From the NCBI RefSeq assembly GCF_004010195.1, contig NC_057746.1, positions 22,165,850-22,229,849 of the forward strand: a stretch of 64,000 nt of DNA, written 5' to 3'. The position numbers and the translations under genes are program-made. The notes under the pieces were generated by a model. It searched no databases, had not been told where the DNA came from, and saw only the letters and a program-made list of their open reading frames with translations. This DNA comes from Chiloscyllium plagiosum (Eukaryota). The number at the start of each line of letters is the position of its first letter. Positions within the stretch are counted from its first letter, which is position 1. This document shows, piece by piece, positions 52,580-64,000 of the stretch.

Positions 52580-54650
52580 GTCGCTTAACCACACATAAGG
52601 CTTATTAGCAGAAGAAGGTTGTTCCATCCACTGCGGCTTCTTCACAATTCCATCAGTTTTTAACTGTTCTATTATTAACAATTCCACGTTAATTTACACA
52701 ATGATTAAAAATCTGTCCATCTATACCTCGAATATTCTTAATGATTCGCTGTTATAGCCCTCTGTGATCAAGTATGTTGCAGATTCACTACCTCTAAGGA
52801 AGACATTCATCCTCTTTAATGCCTGAAATAGGCTCTTATTAAAACTGAATTAATGCCCTTTGCTTCTGAGCTCTACAAAGGGAGAAGGAACCTTTCACCA
52901 CTTATGCGGTCTTGCCCCTGAAAATCTTATGCATTTTATTAAAGTCACCTCTCAATCATCCAAACTCCAGTGAGTCCAGAACCAACGTACTTAGATTGTC
53001 CTCAGAGGAAAATATTTGTATATCCTGGATCAGACGAGTGAACTTAATCTGAAGTGCCTCCAATACCTATATATCCTTTGCAGCGACAAAGACCAAACTA
53101 TTCACAGTCTTCTATAATTGGTATAAGTACTGGCTGATTAATTTTATGAATAACTTCATATTTTTATATTGCAATCAATTTTAAATAATGGCCAATGATC
53201 CATTTGTCTTCCCTACTAACTGTTGAATGTTGAAGTTAGTTTTATTTTAATCACTTTATGCACGATGACCCCAAATACCTCCGTGCTGCAGCTTTTTGCA
53301 GATTCTCTATTCAAATAACGTTAAACTCTCATATTCCTCATGCAAAAGTGAATATTATTGTCGACTTGGATCTAATAGTTTTTGCCCACTTAATTAACTT
53401 GTCCAAATTGATTTGTGAGCCCAATCTGTCTCCTAGCCTTGACTCCTACTCTTCTGTAAAAATATGGTTCCTTGAGCAGCATTGAAATGTGTTGGACGTT
53501 CCACATCCTACCCATTGGTCCATCAAGAAACAAATACCTGTTTTGCAATCCAATTGGTTGACAATTCGTTGCAAGCAGAAGCAAGAATGGTTCCCTTCGT
53601 GGTTGCTTTACTTTATAGAAGGCAAGATGCTAGAAGTAAAAAATAAAGTTAAATTATCCATGAATAAATATAAGTTCAAAGAAATTTGTGACTCAGAATA
53701 ACCACTGATGGTGGACTACAGAGTTTTCTTGCGATTTTCTTTGTTTGTAATTTCAATTTGATGAGTAGTTTCTGCTTCCTGTCAGAATGGAGTTTTGCCT
53801 GTTAGTTTGTGTTTATCCATATTAGTTGTGGAAGTTCAATTATTGAATAGATCACAGAATTACAAAGTTGAAACAATCTAGATGGAAGCCATTCTGCCCA
53901 GCTTCCTTGGTTGCCCGACTGAACTTATTAACTTCCTTTTCTATTTTCCATAACAAGATATTCAATTTTCAATTGTAGTGTAATTCTTTTCTCTTGGTTC
54001 ATTTTAGCATGCAGCACAATTTTCTCAATCAGTGATAAAAGGTTATCTCATACTACTTTTGTTTCTTTTTTGAATTTCCAATAGAAAGGTTTCTCCAGGT
54101 CTGTCTGGAAGCCTCACATTAACCAATTCTCATCTCAGTCATTTTTTTCTCCAAAGAAGACTGTCCTGACATCAACATTTTCGTGAATCATTTTCTGCAC
54201 TCTTGCTGATGCACTCGCATTCTTCCAAATATAGAGTACACAGAAATAAAAGAAAACTTCCATCTAAGGCAGAAACAATATGCCAGCTAATTTCAACATA
54301 ACCTCCTTGATCTTATACTCCATGCCCATATTCAGAAAGACTGCAATACTTGATAAGAGCATTCTCAACTTTGCCGCCACCTTCAGGTACGTTTATACAT
54401 TTAGAATATCAACTTTAGCATTGTGCTTTGATTTTCCATTTTATGTCCTTGTCCTTCGTGAAAAATTTAATTAATTACTCAACTATTTCCATAAATTGAA
54501 CCTCATCAGGCACCTGTTCATCCACTTTTCTTTCTGTATTTACTTCATCTTAATTCTACACTCTCATCCACATATTTTATGCGTTCAAGTTTAACCTTGT
54601 TGTCTACGAACATTGAAAGTATGCTCTTAACAATTAGGTCTTGGTCAAAC
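52580..54650 (-). mobile_element. Two decayed CR1-like fragments (52580-53400 and 53870-54650)
   Basis: Degenerate LEALQIKFTRLI and LRGDFNK motifs on the - strand. Confidence 0.55.
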
Positions 54651-57600
54651 TATTAATAAGTATGCAGTTTGCTTTGTTGAATATCTTATGTTAAAAAAGA
54701 AATCTTGCTTGTTAATACGGTGAAATCTTGGAACTGATTTCTCCTAAAAATTAACCGTTATTTCAAAATTAATCTACTTTATCACAATTGTTATTGCTCC
54801 CTGACCAATTGTAGTAAAAATGATGATAGACTAGGCAGCAACAACAGACAAAAATAGAACAGAAGGAGCAAAATTATACGGATACTTTCCAACGAACAAC
54901 ACTGCTAATATTTCTTTAAATGCAAGATGAGAAAGAATGAGGAGGCCATATGTCTTTGAGCAGCTATCTCAAATGTACTCAAGGGAAATAAATCCCCTCC
55001 ATAAATTTTAACAGCCTCATGCTGCTTGCATCATTCTTGTGACAGGGGTTTAACCTTTACTGACACAGGTTCACGTCCACCTGCAATGTGTGAATCACTG
55101 TCTGTACTGTTTTCTGTATCATTGTAGCTGCTGTCCTATGAGCCTCAATGATATTTTCATTTATTTCTTCAAGTGCAAATCATTGTCATTATATTGAATT
55201 AGTGGCGTCCAACTTTATAGAGCTTACCTATTTGTTTTTATTTCTGTCTGAGGTAATTTGCAGAATACTGATTTCATTCTAAAAATATTTATTGAGATGT
55301 TTCAGAATGTTCACTCTATTTGCAGTTAAAGATGCTCGAGGGCTGCGTAAACATCTTTGAGAGCCTTCCAAAATGTGTGTTTGTGGTCTAGCTACTTATT
55401 TTACAAATTCTGGAAAGAGGATTATATTTCCTAACAACAAAAGTACATCTCTGCTATGATGGGCTGAAGTTAAAGCATAAGGGATTAGTAATTGCCACTA
55501 TCACCAAAACTAATTAAAATGTGCACCTATTTCACTAAACGGTCACGCATATTTCATTGCATTTTTACTTTATTATGTTTTTCAAATGTATTGAAATATA
55601 CACGTTTATCTGTTAAACCGAATACATTATGCAAATAAAAGTTTTCAAAATATGTTAAAAACAATCATAATATTTTGAAATGTTGAAAGCTGCTTTAAAT
55701 AACTCAAAAAAGGTGCCAATTAAGCATATTCAGACTGATAATCATCATTCTCTCAAAGGTTGCATTTAAATTAAAGATGATAATAGTTGCATGACTGCGC
55801 AGGGTTAGTGTTTTCCTTTTAGGCATTGTTGATGGCTGTGTTGCCAAAGGCAAGATTCGACAGAGCATTGCCTTCCTACTATCTTATTACCAACTAAGTG
55901 CGTTGCTTTTCCCATTTTTCAATCATTAATGAACACCGTGTCTTTGCTGTTAAGTGGAAATGTGATTCCAAATTGACAGGATTCTTTTTACAAGCCAAAT
56001 GCATACATATAGTGGATGGAATCATTAAATAAACCTGAAATATTTGCTTTGATGTTGAGTGACTTTGGGACCTGATTAGCAAAATCATTTTCGAAAAATG
56101 CCCATGGTGAAAATCTGGAATGCGTCGCATTTCATAACTTTATTCAGCATGTCAATAGTCACAGGGACAATAAATAGCACTTTCAGTGACTATATAGGAT
56201 ATTGTCATCCTACCATCAAGCTTAAAGTTGGTTGACACAATGCACCAATGAATCAATATTTGTTCTGCATCACAGGTGTCATGTGAATATACTTGACAGT
56301 ACTTCTGGTCAGAGTTGTCATATAGCAGCCTCAGCTTGTCTTGAATTGGTTTGAAGTGTTCACTGTCATTTTTGGAGAACAGTGCTAAATGAACAACAAA
56401 TAAGAGCTATAATGAGAAAGTAGCTTCTAAGGTATGTTTTCCCTACGCAATCCTTTTATCATAGGTAATCTTTTATTCAACAATTTAGCAAGGTGGAGTA
56501 GTCCGAGAAAGTCCGAGAATGTCATTTTGATCGCGTAGGGAGACGCAGTTGAATGAGGGAAGGTTTGAATTAAAGTAGAAGTTCTCAAGTAGCTTTTCTT
56601 TCGCCCTCCTGAATGGGTGTGGGGATGGGGGTGAGGGTGGAATTGGGAGAGGATGGTGCATTGTTTAGGAGGATTGAGGGATCAGGTGAGTTGAGATGAG
56701 AGGTGGATTAGTGAAATGATGAACACTGTTGACTTGAGTTCTACAATCATGCTTTTCATCAGGGCATCCAGGTAATGTACCATTCTACAGTTTGTGTGTC
56801 ACGTGGTTAGAGAAAAGACATTGAAGGCCTTGATTTGCAGTCCCCAATGGTAGCAATCATTGTGTTGCAGTGTTTATTGTCGGGTTTACTGTATTCTAAA
56901 GTCATTGCAGGTAATATCTGGATGCAACGCTTCTGTAAAGGATGACACCTATCTACCTGTTCTGTTTCAGCTTCCTCCGAGTTGGAGTCATTAAATGGAT
57001 TGTGATAAACTTTTGTCTTAAATTTACTTCTTATTGTTAGTAATGAATTTAGTTGTGATTTCTGTCATTAATACAGACGCCATGGTAGGGTGATTTAAAA
57101 TACTTCTCGATGTATTTTTCTTAAAAAAAATACACTTGACAATAAATTCTGATTTCTGAATTCTAATCAAAATGAGGATTGTATTTCCGGGATGTCCAGT
57201 TGGCTCTTAGAGCTTTAATTGCAAAGGTGATATGCGCTAGTGCCATATTAATTCAGTAGCTTTGAAATATCGTCCTTTAATCATTCCCAGCTCCTAGTAA
57301 ATTTGAAGATGCATAAACCATCATATTATTTACATTCTCGGGTTCCCAATTCAAATCTGCTTTTACTTGCTTTATGAATACCTGCTCAGAAATTATGAAA
57401 GCAAATCCTCTATGAACTAAACATCAGACAGAATATCTATCCTATATATTTCACTGCTATACTTAAAACGGTCATCCTCCATCAAGGGTGTGAAAATGTT
57501 GCTGTATGAAGCAAGTTCTTTTCTGGATAAATTGCCAAAGGTGATCTGTAGCTCAAATGATATTCGTTCTCTGAAACTGTGTGGCAGAATTCTTCAAGCA

Positions 57601-58469
57601 GCTAGATAGCTGAAGAATCTGCCAGTCGGAAAGAAACAATATATCCGTTTGCACTTTGTGTCATGTTGTACTCTATACACCTCCATAGATTCAAAATTAC
57701 AACATTCAGGGAAATTAGAGTGCCAACCTGATGTGTATTCGATTTTATCTAATAACAGGGTGTGGATTTCTGTAAATCAATCAAATCAGTTCAATGATCA
57801 CTAAAGAGGAACTCAAGCATTAATGTCCGTTGGAGCTAGTCAGACGGTAAGAGAGAGCTATGGAATAGATCCGATATAGTTAAATTAAATGACACAAAGC
57901 AAGTAGAAAGGTAAACTGAGCGGACGACATAAGAAATCTTCAACGCACTCTAGATAAGATAAGGGGGTTTATTCTACATGCTTACACAATGAGGAAAAAA
58001 AAGAAATTGCCCATTTTGGTGGATGAAACGTAATGAAGCATCTTATCTAAATCGTAGACGCTGCAGAGCTCTGAGATACAGAGCGATGTGAGTGTACTGG
58101 TGGATGACCACACAATATGAAAATGCAGTTACAGATTACTTCCGTGGCAGAAAATTACATATTAATGTTTGTATAGTCATTCAGTAGTACAGAACGGGAA
58201 TACTGCTGAGGAAACAAATATACTTAGCAATAATCAGGTCACAATTATTGTGTCTTGACGGCATGCTTCTTCTATTCTAAAACAAATAGGTTAACAGCAC
58301 ATAACATTATCATTTTGTCTTGGTAAGAGATCATAAAAGTAAACGTAGCAAGACATATTGGTATGAACGGGCCATCGATAACTGACCACTGAAGACACCC
58401 AGTCAGGAGATAGATAATTGGAAGTGAAGTAGGTAGCTCAGTGACCATGATTTGGCATTCACTACCTAG

Positions 58470-61400
58470 TCACCAAACGTCTCTGTTTCTCGTTCAAGCA
58501 TCGTCAATGACTGGGCAATCACGTTTCCTAGTCCTACCGTATATACAATTTTCAAATTGAATTGCTGTAGCAACAAGCTCCACTTAAACAGACTGGCATT
58601 TTTGCTCTTAAATTTCTCCACAAAATTCAATGGGTTATCATCTGTGTACATGATTGTCTCAGATACGATACCGGTACCACAGACATTAAAATGTTGTAAC
58701 GCCAATAGCAAGCTCAAAGTAATCTTCTCAACTGTCGAATATTTCTGTGGAAATACCGATATGTCTTTCTATATTCTCGACTTCTTGTAAGAGTGCAATG
58801 CAGACACTGACATTACTTGCATCGATAGCCACCTTGAATGGCTTTGCATATTTAGATGTGGTTAATATAGGGACAGTGGTCATAACAATTTTCAGACTGT
58901 CAAATGCCTTCTGCCAGTCCGCTGCCCACTGAAACATCCGGAGACCTTATCAAATAGTTCACCTCACTCGATTTCCTTTCAACTTAATAAGGTTGATAAG
59001 GTTGATAAACCTTGATTTTTAAGGCTTACTTATCGCTGGAAGTAACAGTAACATCTTATCCCCGATAGCAAAATTGCGTTTTTTCATTGCTTGTCTGCTT
59101 CCTGCTTCATTGTTTACTGTGATACTTCTAAATTGTGTCTAGCCAAGTCCCTGTTCTATTTAATCATTCCCAAAAATTTGCCACATAGTCTAAATATATG
59201 GTCTCTGAATTCTGACTTACCAATTTCTCCTTAATCGATTTTAATGTAGTCTCATTTCATGCCTAAAAACTAATGCAAATTTATTGAATTTAGATGATTC
59301 ATTTGGTGCATTTCTGATCACAAAATGTGCAAACAGAACACCCTTCCCCCAGTCATCAGGGTAGTCTTCATTGTAAGCCCTCAGCATGATCTATAATGTC
59401 TGATGCACCTTTATAGAGCTACCTGCAATTCTGGAAGCTACGCAGTAATTTGAACTGTTTTATTGCTAAGCTACGCGTAACTTACTTGAAAAATGTCGAT
59501 ATAAAATTTGAACCTTGATCTGATTGTATCTATCCAGTTCATCTGTATCTAGCGAAAAATTAAAGTAATTCTTCTACAATCGTTTTAGCTGTGATATTAT
59601 GTAATTATGCATGACGTGTCAGGCAAAATTGAATTATATCGTTGTGCAGTCCAGGCCAATGAAAAGTTTTTGTATTTTAGCTTGTGTGTTTCTCATTCAT
59701 AAATGACCTCCTAGAGGTAGCTTGTGCGCCACACGCAACACTTTCTTTCTATAAACCATTGGCAATACTATTTGATGAACTTTGTCTGAATATGTCATGG
59801 TGTCCACTCCCTCATTAAGACATCCTTTTCTTTAAAAGATAATAACATTCAGAAATACATTCGGAATCTTTTTTCCGTGTGTGCCTTTTGATACAATTGC
59901 TACAAATTTTCATCTTTCTGCTGTAACTCAGTGAATTTATCTGAGCTAAAGATGTCTACTGTGTCATCCATCTGCTCCTGGTGTGTCTCAAACATCTGAT
60001 GAAGCAGGGTCTCTGTTACGTCCACTTCAACTTTCTTATCTGTACTCATTAATCTCTCGAGTTTCACCTGATGACTTTGTGACCTCGTTACCACACCATC
60101 AGGAATATTCCCAGGATATGTGTCCTGCAATAGTTCGGGACCCTGCATTTCCAATGATTTTTCAACCACAGTTGGAAGCACTCCTTCCAATGAATCGGCT
60201 ATATCATTAGCGAGGATAAATTGCAACTCTGTAGCTGAGAGTTTGCCCAGTACTCCTGCAACGACTTCTCCATTCTTAACTGAACACTCTAACCTCACTT
60301 TGCATAATTGAGTGTTTCTTGTCTCACCGTCTATTCCCGTTATTAGCACCTTTTCTGGCTGTAGACATTCAGAAGTACTTATCTCTTTATTTTTTATCAT
60401 CACAGATTGAGAGGATCTGGAATCTTTCAATATTGTAACCTCCTTATCTTCTACTCCTGGCCTATATAAGTAAACTGGACCTTAGCAGGAAGATGATGTC
60501 AGGAGATCTGGTGCTTCTTCCTTAACCAACGTCAGACCAGGTTGGACATTCCGGTGCAGCTTTCTAGCCTCCACTGGGCTTTCTGTTACCACGCTAACAA
60601 AATTCACTGGCTTATCCTGTTTTCCTAAATCGCGTTTCCCAGTGCTTTTCCGAGCCCACTAACACTGTGATTTCATATGGCCTACTATATTTCAGTAAAA
60701 ACACCCGGGTTTTTTTTAACTTCTCTTTTCCCTTTAATGTTTTCCTTTTTACCCTGTGTCAAGTTATCCATATGATCTTCACCGAGATCTACCTTTGCCT
60801 TTCTATGTAAGGATTTTTCTTTTCAGTAATTGCTATCATTGATTGAAGTTGACTTATGGACAGCCTCATAATCATCAGCCATTTAAGCTGCTAGTCTTGC
60901 CATTTTAACTGTCTTCTTCTCCACATAAGTTCTCACTATTACAGGAAGTGAATATTTGAACTCATCCAAAATAATCGTCTCTCTACGAGCGTAATAGGTT
61001 TGCTCTATTTTTGATGTCCTTGTCCACCTTTCAAAATTACTTTGTTTGATCCTTTCAAATTCAATGTAGGTTTGACCAGCGTCCCTTCTTAGATTCCGTA
61101 AACGTTTTCTATGGGCTTCTGGCACAACCCTATATTCACTTAAGATGGCTTTCTTCACCTCCTCATGCGCCCATGCCACTTCCGCTTCTAGTGATGCAAA
61201 TACCTCACTAGCTCTACCTACAAGTTTTATGTGGATCAACAAAACCCCACATGGCAATTGGCCACTGCATTTGTTTAGCCACCATTTCAAATGAGATGAA
61301 AAAGATTTCCACATCCTTCTCATCAAATTTAGACAATGCTTGATTATATTTCAACTTCTCACTTGGCGTTTGGCTGCCCATGGGTTTGTTCATCCTCACT

Positions 61401-62564
61401 CTCTTCCTTACTAAGCTTACCTTCAGCCTCCATCTCCATCGTTTTAAGCTGACTTTCCTGTCTGAGTGTCAATTTCTGAGGTTCAGACTCCGTCTCTTTC
61501 TTCCTTTCCGCTCTCTCCTTCTCTCCCTCTCTCTCTCTCTCTCTCTGTTCTGCTTTTAATCGTAATTCCTTGTCCTTGTCAAACTCAAGCTGGTTCATTT
61601 TCAACTGAATTTTAGCCATCTGTAAGGGTTCTGATGGCTTTTCCAACAAATTCAAATGCTGAGCTATTGCTGCAAATATCTGTCCTTTCCAGCTCCAACT
61701 CCAACTTCCTATTAATGCCAGCAGTTTGGCGTTAATCATCTTTGGCAAAATCGCCAAAGTCACTTCTCCCATCCCTAGAAAACTCTTGGCAACTGAAAGA
61801 GCCGTTGCTATCGCAAGCACTGTTTAAAACCGCTGAACTCGACACCCAGAACAATTGACACGAACACCCACCACTCACTTAAAAATCCTAATACCAATTT
61901 GGAACTACAGACAAATCCCGCAAACTACTGCCAATCTCTTATGGACCAGACCAGACATCTTCAAAACGTTTCAAGGAATAGCTCAGATCCTAACTTTGCT
62001 AGTTGTTTTAAGCAGGTGTAATATGAATACTCCAGGAGAGATGCAGCTGGTCAAGGCACATAGTTTTAAACAAAACAAAATTTATTTACAACATTATCGA
62101 ATGAAACACAAACAAAAGAAAAGAGAATTTTGAATAATTTAACGTATCAGAAAACCCAACAGATCATTCCAACTTAATACGTTACAAATACGTGTGGTAA
62201 TCCCATTAACAATCCTTGGTACAAAAGGTAAAATCAAACACAGGGTCTTATAGGGGGAAGGCAGAGAGAGATCTGCATTGACCTGCTTCTTTGGGGTCCA
62301 GCAGCTTTTTCTTTAACACTGCTGCTAAAAAACAAAACCAAACTAGAGAAAGGCTGAGCTGAGAGAACTGTCTACATCCCTTTCCTTTCCTTGTACAGGT
62401 TTCTTTTAGCTTAAAAGCATTTTGCTTGAGGCAGTATCTGTTAACTATCATCAAACTGCCCCTAAATCCCTTCACTTTGGACTTTTCAGATTCTGTGTCA
62501 TTTACAACCATTCTGGAAGAAAAAGCCAAGGGATCATAACCTTGTTAAAGCAGCAGTGTCGACA
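58470..62564 (-). mobile_element. Gmr1-like Gypsy element (family A): 5' LTR (61937-62564), gag with SCAN-like capsid, PR, IN, [RT deleted], RNase H
   Basis: VPEAHRKRLR..IILDEFKYSLP..VR (60883-61326); ILKDSRSSQS protease; IN at 58950-59750; FQW..QKAFD..IDASNV..YTDD at 58470-58937. Confidence 0.92.
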
Positions 62565-63778
62565 CAGAATTTAGTAAATTTTGTAGAATTTACTAAAAAG
62601 TTGGGGAAAGCATCACACAGCATCGTTTGCATCTAGACACAATATAAATCAAGAATAACAGATGTTGGACACAAGCCACAAACAATCCTATTAGCATACT
62701 GAACCAGTTAATAAAATTCAAATTGGTTATTCAACGAAATGAAAGCTCAAAATATCAATTTAAGTACGAATTGTAAAGTTAACGAATACAGTTAAAATCT
62801 TGTTAACATTTTTTCGAAGAGAATGAACTAAGAGGGAAGTAATCTTTTACTTTACGTTACATGTACGCTTTGAAATATGCAAAAGTGTGATCACTGAGGT
62901 AAAAATCAGTCATGTGCTCAATTAGAACATTTCATATTTTGGCTTGCTGTATCCAATGCAAAATGCAGTTTTGCAAGTATGTGTGAAGAATTAATGTGAC
63001 AAGTATAAGCATTCGGCAGAGAAATGTGGGAATAGCTTAAAAATCACTTTTAATAAGTTTAGCCATTGGTTTTGAATGCAACCATATTTTAAAACAAAGT
63101 GGTTGATACCTGGTTCAAACAAAATAAAGTGTAGGTTCTAAAGTACATCTTAAAAATTATGGATTGTCATGTTACGAATTTGCTGTAATTTAAAGAAACT
63201 TACCTCCTATTTCAAAAATAGACAAAATAAGGAAGAGTTGGATGCAATGGTTTTCCACTTGAGATTTTATATCCTGCATTTCAGTGTAACGACTTCCTAC
63301 TTTTACTCCATACTAGTAGTAAATTATTAGCAAATAAATATTTATCTGTCACAATGAGAATAATTTAACTTGTCCTGCTGACATCATTGCTCATGTTTTT
63401 CCAATTAAATTCTGCATTCTATACTTCTAGTTTAACAATGCGCCTCACCAGAAAAATATATGTTACCTTTTAACTACATCTCTTTCTTCTAATATTTCAC
63501 AGGCCTGAATTATGCCCTAATGTCCACATTATACAAACTAGTTTTGCTGACCTGTGCCCGTTTTGTAAAAATCAAACTCCCTGCACCCTTCTATGAATTC
63601 ACACGACAGCATTGTAAGAGAATAGTTCCTTGGTGAAGCGTGCTGTACAAAACTTGGTGCGGTAGTTTTGAATAGAACGGACGTAAGTTCTAAGGAAATG
63701 AAAGGGCATATTATCTCCTTTGTTGTCCTGCTCCCTTTAGATTAATATCAATATTACATAGAAATTAAATGAAACTAT

Positions 63779-63779
<1 letters not shown>

Positions 63780-63831
<52 letters not shown>

Positions 63832-63852
63832 CGGTCGATGGATGGATGGATG
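63780..63852. repeat. (GATA)n then (GGAT)n microsatellite
   Basis: Direct reading of the sequence. Confidence 0.97.
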
Positions 63853-64000
63853 AGAGGATGTGATTATTCCAAAAATGCGAGCATTTTAAATTATGCCTAA
63901 CTTTTCACTCTGTGCTTGGTGATAACACAAACTGGTTAACGTACTGAACAGAGATGGTGGAGAGATAGTACTGCGTTTCTAGCAGTTCATAATTTTACCT

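Noticed and set aside
55891-56431. Apparent exons at 55891-56071 (-) and 56276-56431 (+)
   Set aside because: Splice-like ends are present, but all three frames contain stops
61912-61936. PBS of the family A Gmr1 element
   Set aside because: The position is right (TGG...CGGGAT on the - strand) but it is too degenerate to assign a tRNA

Overview
AT-rich, repeat-dense vertebrate DNA, most likely from a shark or other cartilaginous fish (inferred from HE1/V-SINE-type SINEs, HER1-type CR1 LINEs and a SacSINE-like Deu element). It reads as a large intron or intergenic region, and no host gene can be called with confidence. Main contents: (1) a decayed, internally deleted ~8.4 kb class I (epsilon-like) endogenous retrovirus at 41203-49589 (LTR-gag-PR-[2H phosphoesterase]-RT remnant-RNase H-IN-env-LTR), whose 3' LTR carries a copied env fragment and whose leader/gag carries a CR1 fragment bracketed by a perfect 36-bp duplication; (2) five internal remnants plus solo or partial LTRs of two families of Gmr1-like Gypsy retrotransposons, with the atypical PR-IN-RT-RH order and a SCAN-like capsid; (3) five Penelope-like element remnants from three families carrying minimal hammerhead ribozymes, including a 222-bp fold-back mini-element with an 11-bp target-site duplication; (4) many CR1 LINE fragments of varied age, SINEs, microsatellites and a 781-N assembly gap. 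A few weak candidate host exons are reported as hypotheses only. All alignments were done by eye, and coordinates of decayed repeats are approximate.
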